DNA from: Podarcis pityusensis
Taxonomy: Eukaryota
Length of the DNA: 64,000 bases
Assembly (NCBI GenBank): GCA_964106645.2
Contig: OZ067042.1
Reading direction: 5' to 3' (one strand)
A model generated the notes under the pieces. That model searched no databases. It worked only from the letters and a program-made list of their open reading frames with translations, and was not told the origin of the DNA. The position numbers and the translations under genes were made by a program. Positions 24,487 through 34,901 of this stretch are shown here, one piece after another; position 1 is the stretch's first letter; each line of letters opens with the position of its first letter.

Positions 24487-26674
24487 TTATTATTTTTTAA
24501 TGATATTTATTGAAAATTTTAGAATTACAAAAGAAAACAAAAAAGAAAAAGAGAGAGAAAAAACAAAGAAAAAACAAACCACAATCAAACAATAAAAATT
24601 AATAGAAATCAAAATCAAAAAATAGCACAACACGATTAAAAGACAAAAATATACCACAAACATTTAAAAACAAATCCAACATTCTTAAATCCTTAACTGT
24701 CATTACCTTCTTTCTTTGACCTCCTCCTCCCCCCTTTTTTTTTGTATCCTAGTTGTTAATTGTCGCAGCAAATCCTTTCCATATTTCATAATATTCTGTC
24801 ATTACATTACCTTAATCTATTTTAATCTTATCTTACTATAAAAAACCTTAAAGCTTAAAACTTAGATCTTATTTTTACCAATTTCTCATAACCATAATAT
24901 TCTTACATAATTCTTTAAACATTTTTGCTAAAGCCAAATAATTTCGTTCCAACATTTTTCTAACATTCATCAATTTTATAAAACAGTCCTAATAAAAAAA
25001 TTAAAAACAATCCAATCTTCATCCAGCGTCTCTTCCTCCTGGTCCCGGGTTTTGTCAGTCCTTTCTATCCCATCAATCTAGCGCATTAACCTGGTAATCT
25101 TATGTCCGAGGCCCTTAAGTCCCTTCCATGTCCCTTCCGCGGCTCTTCTTCATATTTATAGCTGTATTTTCCTTTGTCTCCTGCTCCTTTCACTCGTGGG
25201 AACTCCAGCTTGACAATGTTTTTGACCCTTCTTGACAAATCAGCCCCTTTTCCATAGTCCACACTAAACTCCATGTGGTATTTAAGAACATGTTTCAAAG
25301 TCCCTCAAAAATTAAGAGCCCCCACAACCCCAAACATCTCACGGCCCATTGCCAGACTTGAAAAGTCCAAACATCCCTGCATAGGGGGGTCTATCCAACC
25401 CCCCATTTCCAAACCAAACCAAACTTTATCTTTCCAAATCTGGCTTTTTCCAAGTTCATTTGTCAAATCCAAGAACTCATGTTCCTGCTGGGCCACAGCT
25501 CCCTCCATCTCTGGCGCCCAAGATTCAGCAACATCCTCTTCCCTCATCTGTTCTGTCAGGGCACACTCCTGATTTGATTCCTGGGTGGGCTCTATATAAT
25601 TTCCCACTGCCTGTCCAAAATTTCTGATCGCATCAGTCATCAAGTCCGTCTTCTCATGTAGCTGTTCCAGTAGGGCACTTGTTTTACAGAAAGCACACAG
25701 CAGAGCTTCTGAATACATTGTCCTGCAAGGTCAGAAGTCTATTCCCACGATCGTAATCTGTAGCAGCTGCAAGCTCCCCGATTCAGAATTGGTTACAGTT
25801 TCACAGGCTCCCTCTAGGCGAAAAACTTCTATTTGTTCTTTTCTTTTAAAGACAGATCTAACAACAAAGTTTCCTTTTTCAGATATTTTGTCAATATTTG
25901 TTCCTTTAAAGTGCGAAAGGGAACAATGGAATCACTATGTTTCTCTTCTTTTAGCTATCTGCCAAAAACGTTTGTCTCTGGTCAATGAGCTTCAAAAAAC
26001 TTCAGTCCTGACACCCCGCTCCAGGATCAAGACGGTGGAAAGTTACTTTGCTTTACACTCACTTCTGCAGGTTTAAACAGTCCAAAAAACAAAATCCCCC
26101 CTCTTCTCCTGCTTCCGAAGGGGGTTCAACAATTTTAGATGATGAAATTTAATCCTTTACAAGCGATTTTCTGAACTCTAGTTTGCCATGTCTTTGCTTT
26201 AATCTATCTACAAAGAAACAGAAGGCTGACTTCCTGTTTAGACCTTCCCGTTTCAGTGCCAAATTGAAATAAACTTTTAAGTCCAATTTTCCTTTCTACT
26301 CGCAAATCCTTATTTAGAGTCCAATTGTCCGAAATTTAAGTACTCACGGGTGATTGTTTTAAAAGCCAAATTGTCCCAGGAAAAAGGCAGCGCTCTCCGG
26401 CAACGGCTGTGCGGCTTCGCTCCACGGAAGAAGCAATTGACTCTCAGCACCGTGCCACTTCCCCCTCTTCGCTCCGGAGCCCGTTAGTGGGTTCCTTTGC
26501 GGGTTGGGGGGGCGCTAAAGGTGCCCGCCGAGTCCCATGGTCACAGGCTTCATCCGCCTGTGATTTTTGAAAGGGTCCCCGCTTCACCGTAGCGGAAAAG
26601 ACCCATTTCCCGTGGAGCTGGTCCCTCCAGATCAGAGGGAGTCCGCCATTACCGATGGCGCCACCCCGGAAGTC
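24487..26674 (-). mobile_element. Full-length non-autonomous L1 derivative (~2.19 kb)
   Basis: 20-bp TSD CATTCACGCCACACTTTTCA (24467-24486, 26675-26694); CpG-rich 5' end GACTTCCGGGGTGGCGCCATCGGTAATGGCGG; AATAAA and A-rich tail; no EN/RT motifs. Confidence 0.85.
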
Positions 26675-28037
26675 CATTCACGCCACACTTTTCAATGCAT
26701 TTCCCCATCGCTTTTCTAACAACAAAATGCCTGTCTCTTGTAAAAGTGGATTTGTTATGCTCTAGGGCACCAGAGAGATTTAATCCACTTTAATTGCATA
26801 AAACTAAATTTCCTGGTATGCTCTTGAATCCGACCCACAAAATACTGACAGTCCAAGGGTGGCCAACAGCTACTTATTAGAAGAACAGGCCTTATTTTTC
26901 TGCATAAGAAAACCTGCACTGACTTTTCTCCTTTGGCCCAGCTCTGCCTAAGCAAATCTGACTTATTTTTAAAAATGCTCTCTGTTTGTAAGTCATCAGT
27001 TTCTATATCCTGTGGTGATACTTAACCACACTGTGGATTTTTTCCATTGCCAGTGACAATTATAGGAGCCCAAAGCCAAGTGGTGAAAAATGTTTTCGAC
27101 TGCCCTTGCATCTGGCTCCCTGGCAGCCACTTCTGCCGTCGACTGCAGAGCTAGCCCAGCGCCTCTGTTGCGTTTAAACTATTCAGATTAATTTTTCCCT
27201 GGGATACTATTATTTGCCTTGCCTTTCAACTGCTTTTAGAGGCTTTTTCTCATTTGTTAATAGGATGGCATTTCACAGGAGTTTCGTTTACAAAACAATA
27301 TCTCAGTGATCAAAAAAGGACTGGGGGCGCTTTCTCCCTATGCAAATATGAAAAGGCAGAAGCTTTCCCCATCGCCTGTATGAAATGCATTTTTGGATTA
27401 CTTTCTAATATTAGGCCATCTTATCTGAATTAGGTGTCTCAGAGATGTACTCCCTCAAGAAACAATCTTAAATTGCCTCCCTGTGAGTTATTGAGAGATA
27501 CACAGAACTAAGATGCATAACACCTTGATTTGTTTAAATTACAAGGAGGGGGGAGGAGCAGTCAGAAGGACCCCAATAAAAGATTCCAACCAAATGTTTT
27601 AAAAATGGTGTTATACCATCATCAGAAAGTGTCCCATCTTTCCTTTCTGAAGACAGCATCAAGCATAGTGTTACAGTGCTATTGTGGGAGAGGACAGCTG
27701 ATTCTGATTGTTTTGTTTCTATTGTAATTATAATTATTTTATTATTTCTGTCCCCAAGGCCACACGGTAAATGACCACCTTCGAACAAAAGCACTTCAGA
27801 GGGAGACTGCAAAGTGAAACCTTTGAATCGCATTCCATCAAGAGGTTCAGTGCTGGCAGGTGCAGATTAAATTGGCACGATGGAATTCTATCAAACTTCA
27901 TGCGTTAACTGGGTTACCAATTCCAGGCTATCTGTGATATCAGCACAATTTTGCTGTTGCTGTTGTTAAATAGCCACTGTTAATAAGGCAATTATCACCA
28001 TCTGTACACACCCACATCTCAGGATGACATTTTGCGC

Positions 28038-28118
28038 ATCTGATGAAGTGGACTGTAGTCCAGAAAAGCTTATGCCATAATGATGATGTTAGTCTTTAAG
28101 GGGACACAAGCCTCTTTG
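28038..28118. mobile_element. Penelope-like terminal fragment
   Basis: TCTGATGAAGTGGACTGTAGTCC...AAAGCTTATGC...GTTAGTCTTTAAGG motif. Confidence 0.55.
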
Positions 28119-28186
28119 TTATGATTTTATGAAGAAGGTACTGCAAGCTTTTGAACTTCCATGCCAAGGGGGGATGGTAGGATAGA

Positions 28187-28238
28187 AGGAGGGAGGGAGG
28201 GAGGGAGGGAGGGAGGGAGGGAGGAGGAGAGGGGGGGG
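28187..28238. repeat. (GGGA)n purine tract
   Basis: Direct read; G4/H-DNA-capable. Confidence 0.85.
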
Positions 28239-30682
28239 GTTGGTGGGCTTCATTTCTGAGCAGAGGTGCTGCAGTATCTGCTCAGCGCCTGTCCTAACCT
28301 AAGCACATAGGCTATGCTGTTGGTTATGATTGCTACTATCTGCCCTGCTTGATCTGGCATATGGCCTTTTTAAAGTACAAAATATTAGAGGTTACTGCCC
28401 ACACACTTCTGATGTGCTTTTCTGCTTGTGTGGTGGCACCTCAGTAAAACCACTTCTTACTGTTTGTAGCAGAGTTTTCCCCATAAGCAGAGGACAAGAA
28501 CACAAAACTCCACTGGAAGACACATAGCACTGTCAGCCTGCAAGTCAGTCCTCCTGTAATTAATCTAAATGCCTCGCTGATTATTTTTGTCTGTTTTACA
28601 GTTACTTCTCAAGTTTTCAATACACTGCCTGGGGCTAGTGTAAGTTGTCCCCCATTCCAGCTTTTATCCTTTTTGCTCTCTCTGACATCAGAGGAGCACA
28701 ATCTCAAGGAAGACGTTTATTGGGTCAGATCTCCCTCTCCTTTATCTCCACCATCTCTCCTCCATGCCCCGGAATGGCCTCCCAGGGACTACCATACTGT
28801 GGCCCAAATATTATGTGGAGTGAGCGGAGGAAGAGAAATCAGGCAGCTACTTCAAGTGACAGCAACACGTTGGCCATGAGCTTCCAATTAAGCTCCAGTG
28901 GCAGTCCAATGCATACATGTGACGGACATATAAATTGCATCAATCTTTTAAAGTGGCAATCCTATATTTAGTTGAGTGGGAGTAAGTACCATTGAACTCA
29001 ACAGGACTTACATTTCAGAAGATTATATATAGGATTGTTCTGGAAGAGCGAAAGAGCTCAGCTGCAGTTGAGTAGCAAGTTAATTGTTTTGGCTGAAAAG
29101 AAGAAAAATTGAGCCCTTTTTCCATAGGCAGACTAATCCTCTCATTACTGAGTAAGAACAGAATGAGTGTGGGTGTACAAGGGATCAAACAAGGGAGGAG
29201 AAAGCTCTATCAGCTTTACAGCACCGTGCTGAATGAGATAACTAGTTACTAAAGCAACAAAGGCTTTGCTTGGTTTTTAAAAACACATTTAAAAAAATAA
29301 AAAGATACAGGATTCTAGTAAACAAAGTTCTACTCAGAGTAGACTCACTGAAATTAATGAACCAAGTTAGCTGTGTCTACTCTGAGTAGGGCTAGTGTTG
29401 AATGCCAACCATGCCTTGCATTTTCTTTCTTACAAATAAAAAATGTCCATTAATACAAATTCGCACAGCAGTCATTGCGTCCTTGTGACTATGGGTTAGT
29501 CCATTCTGGTGTTTAATGTGGATAGCAAGCTTCCTATAGCACCATGTTTTCTCAAACAAGGATACCTGAAAAGGATATCCTGACCGGTGGGGGGGAGGCA
29601 GAGTGCAGGAAGGCAGTGATTTGGAGAACATTATACGAATAACAAAAAATAATAATGGTGGTCCAGGAATCTTACTATTCACACTGAAGATCAGCATGGA
29701 TAAGGTCCTACAGCTTAAAAAAAAGGTGGTCTGATTGCGGGAGGAAATAATACCTGAGTCCCTGAACCATAGGTTTGTGCTGATGTGGAGATGCAGCCTT
29801 AAAGTGCTATGGAAGTATGAAACAAAGCAACAGGAACTATCAAAGGCAAGCCATTGTATTTGAAAAGCTTGATTGCTGGGTGATCATATTTATGCAACAT
29901 TCCACAGCCCTGAAATTTCCCTTTCAGAGGCATTTCAAATTACAGCAATAGGAGAGAGGCTCTGCTCAGTAACAATTACGCTTTGGAAAGCAAAAGAAAA
30001 GAAATCATTTACAAGGGTGCCAGCACAAAAACTGCACCCTTCAGGTGAGGTTGGGGTGACTGAGGGCCTTTGAAGAGCTATGCCTCTCAGCCAAATAGAT
30101 TGAAAAGTATTGATGAGAAAGGCAAAACCCAGAAAAAGGCTGCATTTGAAGACATTTGCTCTGCCTCTTCCTATTGAATGCCACATTAATCTCTCTCTGG
30201 TGTGTGTGGGGGGGGTGTATTTAAAAAACCAATTTTCTTACCATTTTGCTTTTAGGAAGGTTCAAGGAACAAGGAGGAACATACAACACAGTACGGTACA
30301 TGTATCCCAAAGCAAACATTTATAATCCTGCCCTCCCCTTAAAAATACATGTAGCTATGGATTTTATTCCATCAGAAGGCTGCTTCACTACAGGAAGCAG
30401 TGGAGGAGACGACAGCCTCCACCTAATAATGCAGCCTGTGAAATCATGTGCACAACAGACCAGCACCCCATCGTCTGCACATACAGTCAATATCTGGAGG
30501 AGAAAAAGTGTATATACACAAAATCATATACCTCTAGATAGCATGGGGACTATGTTGGGCAAATGATATTTTTCACTGCAAACAGGAACAACATGTTGTT
30601 TCTGTGAGCATGGGAGGGGTTGATGGGCATGCCTTGTAAGAAAATGGGAGCACTCTGCTCCTGCTTCAAAAGAGGAAGCCGG

Positions 30683-30756
30683 TGGCTCCACTAGGAGTCG
30701 AACCCAGGATCTCCTGCTCACAAGAAAGGTGCTTTAGCCAACTAAGCTATTCTGCC
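30683..30756 (-). pseudogene. tRNA-Thr(TGT) pseudogene (mirror of 21449-21522)
   Basis: Same lesions plus two further substitutions. Confidence 0.72.
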
Positions 30757-30869
30757 TGGTTAGCAGTTCTATTTCCTACTCCACACAGGCTCTAAGCAAG
30801 ATGCAATAGGCTGATCTGTCATCTTGCTCTGCCTTCTAGAAGCTGTTTGAAGGCAGTTGTGCCATCCCA

Positions 30870-30941
30870 GCCGTGATCGTATAGTGGTTAGTACTCTGCG
30901 TTGTGGCCGCAGCAACCTCGGTTCGAATCCGAGTCACGGCA
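30870..30941 (+). tRNA. tRNA-His-GTG: tRNA-His(GTG)
   Basis: Canonical vertebrate His sequence; TTTT terminator at ~30955. Confidence 0.97.
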
Positions 30942-31268
30942 GGAACTTGCAACTTTTGTGGATTTCTTTTTCCTGCCTCAGGGAATAGACTTTGGCCAGT
31001 TAAGGCGAATCTGACCACTGCTTTTCTTGTTTCTACTCTGTAGCACCCATCCACTATCCTTCTGCAGTGCGGCTGTCTTTTCTTGAAGAATTTTGGGTTT
31101 GGAATAATCTCCCCTTTTTGCCTACTTCATGCTTCAGATCATGTGTTGCTTCTTTCTCTGTTGGATCTCATCTGATTGGAAATATTTCCATGGATTGGCT
31201 GGATTGGCTGGATTCCCCAGAGTGGCTGGGGAAACAACTCAGCCAGATGGGTGGGGTATAAATAATAA

Positions 31269-31310
<42 letters not shown>

Positions 31311-31926
31311 TTATTAGTTTTTAGGTGATTGGGTTCATTTGGCTTAATTGACATTAGCTTGTATGTTGAAACATTGGATTTAATCTAATTGGCAATGGTT
31401 TATTCTTGAATTTGGGCTCTTTGGTTGCATTGGTGTTTGCAGTGGGGCAAGAGAACACATTAAGGTCATATTATGTAACCCTGAGGAACTTCAAGGTTGC
31501 ATGCATACAAGAGTCATCACCTACAGCCACAGGCTGGCAGGGGGCAGGTGTTCTGGGTTGTCCACAGGGATGAGCAGGTACACTAAGGTGAACACAGTGT
31601 ACTTCTCCTCCCCCACATACCTAAGGCTTACCTGGGGGGGGGGGAGTAATGCAGTCCTTGGTTAGGAAACAGGTGTGATGACATACCCAGGAGATGTGAG
31701 TGGCTTGCTTCTCCCTTATACGATGAACAAACTCACCTGCCCTTCATCCAATATGTAGGCTCTCAAGTCTTCTTCAGGGGTGTGAGCACAAATGCGTGGG
31801 ATGTTTCTTTTCCACAGCACGCAAGCAGGCATCTCCGTGGGCCTTCTGCAGCCATAGGGTGGCTGTACTGAACACCACTGGCCACCAAAGGAAAGCACTG
31901 CGTTCTGCCTCAAAACAAAGAAACAG

Positions 31927-32001
31927 AGGCACCACTGGGACTCAAACCCAGGGTCTCCTGCTTACCAGGCAGGTGCTTTAGCCAGCTAAGCTATTGGGTC
32001 C
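31927..32001 (-). pseudogene. tRNA-Thr body with GGT anticodon (mirror of 20189-20263)
   Basis: Reverse complement of the left copy. Confidence 0.7.
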
Positions 32002-32121
32002 TGCTCAGCAGCTCTTTCGATCCCTGCTTGCCACAAGCTTTGAGCAAGCAACTTACAGACTGACATTTCAGCTATCTGCTTTCAGAAGACCCAGCTGCTT
32101 GAAGAGGGTCATGCCAGCCCA

Positions 32122-32193
32122 GCCATGATCGTACAGTGGTTAGTACTCTGCACCGGGACTGCAGTAACCTCGGTTCGAATCCGAGTCATGGCA
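32122..32193 (+). tRNA. tRNA-His-derived gene with GGG (Pro) anticodon, full cloverleaf
   Basis: GCCATGA TC GTAC AGTGGTTA GTAC T CTGCA CCGGGAC TGCAG TAAC CTCGG TTCGAAT CCGAG TCATGGC A; all four stems Watson-Crick paired. Confidence 0.7.
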
Positions 32194-32704
32194 GGAACAA
32201 GCAACTTTTGTGGATTTCTTTTCCCACCACAGGAAGTTGGAAAAGGCCTTCTGCAAACCCGATTGAGATGCACCTCAAGGGCCAGGGCCACACGTAGGGA
32301 ACAAACCCAGACTCAGACTTCAGCCACCATAGCTGCAGTACTTAATCCTGCAAAACTGTCTAACAAGAGAAAGGAGTGAAGTGGTACATTAGTAGTGTGT
32401 TCTCCCTTCTGCCAGGCAGGTTCGTGGCAAGTCCCTTTGGATGTGGGTGGCACAACCATTTGAAATGCAGAATAGACCCCCAGTTGGAATGATTCTACCT
32501 TGGGATCTCAGAGAAGCTCTCATCACAACTGGCTGCTCATTTAGATTTAATATTTGTTGGGATGGCTGCAGCTCTAATATTCCTTCACAAAGTCGCCCGG
32601 GGAAACTTTTTGTCCAGCTAGCCTATGGCAACACAACCAGCTGCTATTCCCTCTCTGCAAGAATGAAAGTTCCCCCCACCCCACAAAACCTGGCTGTGCA
32701 TCAG

Positions 32705-33247
32705 TGTGGTGTTTGCCCTCCTGTGTGTGTGACATCATACTGGGATCATAGGGAAAGGGTTAACTAATTGTAAAATGACTAACCAATGGGAACCCAGGGG
32801 GCAGAGTTAACTGGGTATAAGTTTTAAGCACAAAGGTTTTTAGGGAGTTATAGTTATTGAGGAGACAGTCTGGAGTTAAAAGAGACAAAGAAGATAAGTC
32901 TGTGGGTTGGGCTAGTCTGGTGTGAGAGAGTGAGAGAATTTGTTAAGAGGAGTCAGTCAAACAGTTGAGATAATCAGTCAGAAGGTATTAGGAAGGTATA
33001 GGCCGGTAAAGAAACTAAAGTTAAGATACTGACAGGAATATTATCTGAGAAACCATAAACTTGTTAATGTTTGTAAAATAAACCTTTTTTCCCCTTTCTT
33101 TTTCTTTTTTGGTTCACTTTTAACAACTGACTGGACTCGGTGTTTTACCAGAGAGTAACTGGTTGGTGGCAGCGGGGAAGCAAGCACAGTGGTGGCACAG
33201 GGATCAATAGAACGTTAAATGTCCGGGGACCCTGTGTGATTGCCACA
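32705..33247 (+). mobile_element. Solo LTR
   Basis: TGTGG...CCACA termini, 5-bp TSD ATCAG, internal CCAAT, TATAA and AATAAA in order. Confidence 0.88.
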
Positions 33248-33390
33248 ATCAGTCACAGCAAATGGCAAGATTTACCTTTTTCACTGCACACAGGACCCAC
33301 GGGGCATTTCAGTGTCACAGGGAGGAGGTGGTGGGCATACCTTACAATAATATAGGAACACCCTGGCCCTGCTTCAAAAGAGGAAGCCAG

Positions 33391-33464
33391 AGGCACCACT
33401 GGGAGTCGAACCCAGGATCTCCTGCTTACAAGGCAGGTGCTTTAGCCAGCTAAGCTATGGTGCC
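33391..33464 (-). tRNA. tRNA-Thr-TGT: tRNA-Thr(TGT)
   Basis: Identical to 22453-22526 except wobble base T; all stems paired; TTTT terminator. Confidence 0.9.
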
Positions 33465-33583
33465 TGTTCAGCTCCTGTCTTACTCTCTGCTCCACATAAG
33501 CTCCGTCCAAGACACAATGGACTTATCCTTCAGACATCTTGCCTTGCTATTAGAAGCCGCTTAAAGGCAGTTGTGCCATCCCA

Positions 33584-33655
33584 GCCGTGATCTTATAGTG
33601 GTTTGTACTCTGCGTTGTGGCCGCAGCAACCTCGGTTCGAACCCGAGTCACGGCA
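33584..33655 (+). tRNA. tRNA-His-GTG: tRNA-His(GTG), variant with D-arm substitutions
   Basis: His body with G10T and A21T, which damage the D stem/A box; may be non-functional. Confidence 0.7.
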
Positions 33656-33766
33656 GGAACTCCCAACTTTTATGAATTTCTTTTCTCACCACAGAGTGGC
33701 AAAAGGCCCTCAAGAAACCCCACCTGGCTGCACCCACCTGCTGGGCCCAAAAGGAACTTCCTGACT

Positions 33767-33842
33767 ACCTTGTTAGTCTAGATGTATGACTCTTGCTTAA
33801 GATGTGAAAGGTCCCACCCAGGTTCAAATCCCAAGCTAAGCC
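33767..33842 (+). pseudogene. tRNA-Pro pseudogene (mirror of 18380-18450)
   Basis: TTGTTAGTCTAGATGTATGACTCTTGCTTAAGATGTGAAAGGTCCC...GGTTCAAATCCC. Confidence 0.7.
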
Positions 33843-34041
33843 TTTACGTTGCATTTTTTAAAATTTATGCTGTGATGGGTAAAACTTCTGATTTTCCTTC
33901 AAAAAGGAAGTGAGTAACATCAAATGTCCATCTTGGCCTGTTGGAGGTTTTCTCTTATTCCTTCAGTGAGCAGCAAAATATGCTCTGTGAGCTCTGCTGA
34001 ACCACACTCATATGGACAGGGGGCAAAATACTAAATACCTG

Positions 34042-34115
34042 AGGCACCACTGGGAGTCGAACCCAGGATCTCCTGTTTACTAGACAGGCGCTTTAGCCAG
34101 CTTAGCCATGGTGCC
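34042..34115 (-). tRNA. tRNA-Thr-AGT: tRNA-Thr(AGT)
   Basis: Mirror of 18114-18187 with one substitution (G26). Confidence 0.9.
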
Positions 34116-34740
34116 TGATGTTGCATGCCTGGCCCACTCACTTCCAGGTAGCTGGAGATGAGCAGTGTGTAAGCATCATGCACTTCCTTAAAGTCTCTGG
34201 GACGGGCATGGCGTCATGATCCTATGTCTGGTCATCACTCCCAGGTCTCCTGCTTTCCAGATGCCCCTGGAGGCTAGTACTTGTTTTTTAAAGAGGAGCA
34301 TTGTCAGGTTTGGGACCCACCAAATTCCAAAACAGAGTTTATTGTGCACCTTATGGGTGCTTCAGGGTCACGTTTCAGATGTGTGTGGGAAGGAGGAAGA
34401 AGATATACCACCCACATCTGGCAGAATCCATCCTATCTCCATATACATGCTTTCTAAGATCAACATGCAAGTTTGGAAAATTCAAGCACAAGAGATATGC
34501 CACATCCTCCCCCTCTTCCTCCTGCTATGCAGCAGCGATTAAATTGTTGGTAGGTCAAGCACTACATGTTTGGAAAATTAATGCTTTACCTACAAGTAGC
34601 AAATCCATACCTTCATCAGACCCTGGAGAAAAGCATCTGGTTGGCCACTGTAGGAACCAGATGCCTCTCTCCTGGCAGCTGATGAGGTTATGGATTTTAT
34701 ACTTGTAGGCAGTAGTGGAGGGTGGGGTGACAGTACTTAC

Positions 34741-34901
34741 TTGACCTCCCAACAATTTCATCACTGCCCTAACCAGGAGGCAGAGTGGAATGGTGTGGCA
34801 GGTCTCTTGTGCATTGATTTGGTATGATCTTTATTTGGTAGGCATCCTTCCTGATATATAGATTTGTTCAGGCATCCATCATAATGAATAAACTCAACAT
34901 G
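34741..34901 (-). pseudogene. Putative coding-exon relic, product unidentified
   Basis: HVEFIHYDGCLNKSIYQEGC..KDHTK; paralogous to 36968-37081 with mostly synonymous differences; ends at a CAA|GTAAGT donor. Confidence 0.45.

Larger units (their letters stand above)
30566..32358 (-). repeat. Right inner arm of inverted segmental duplication
   Basis: Reverse complement of 19833-21640. Confidence 0.95.

Noticed and set aside
27155-27172. CTCF-like site CCCAGCGCCTCTGTTG
   Set aside because: One base short in the core, so too weak to call by eye.
18114-34115. Thr-like sequences as SINE heads
   Set aside because: They end at the discriminator base, have no SINE body, tail or TSD, and share duplicated upstream flanks.
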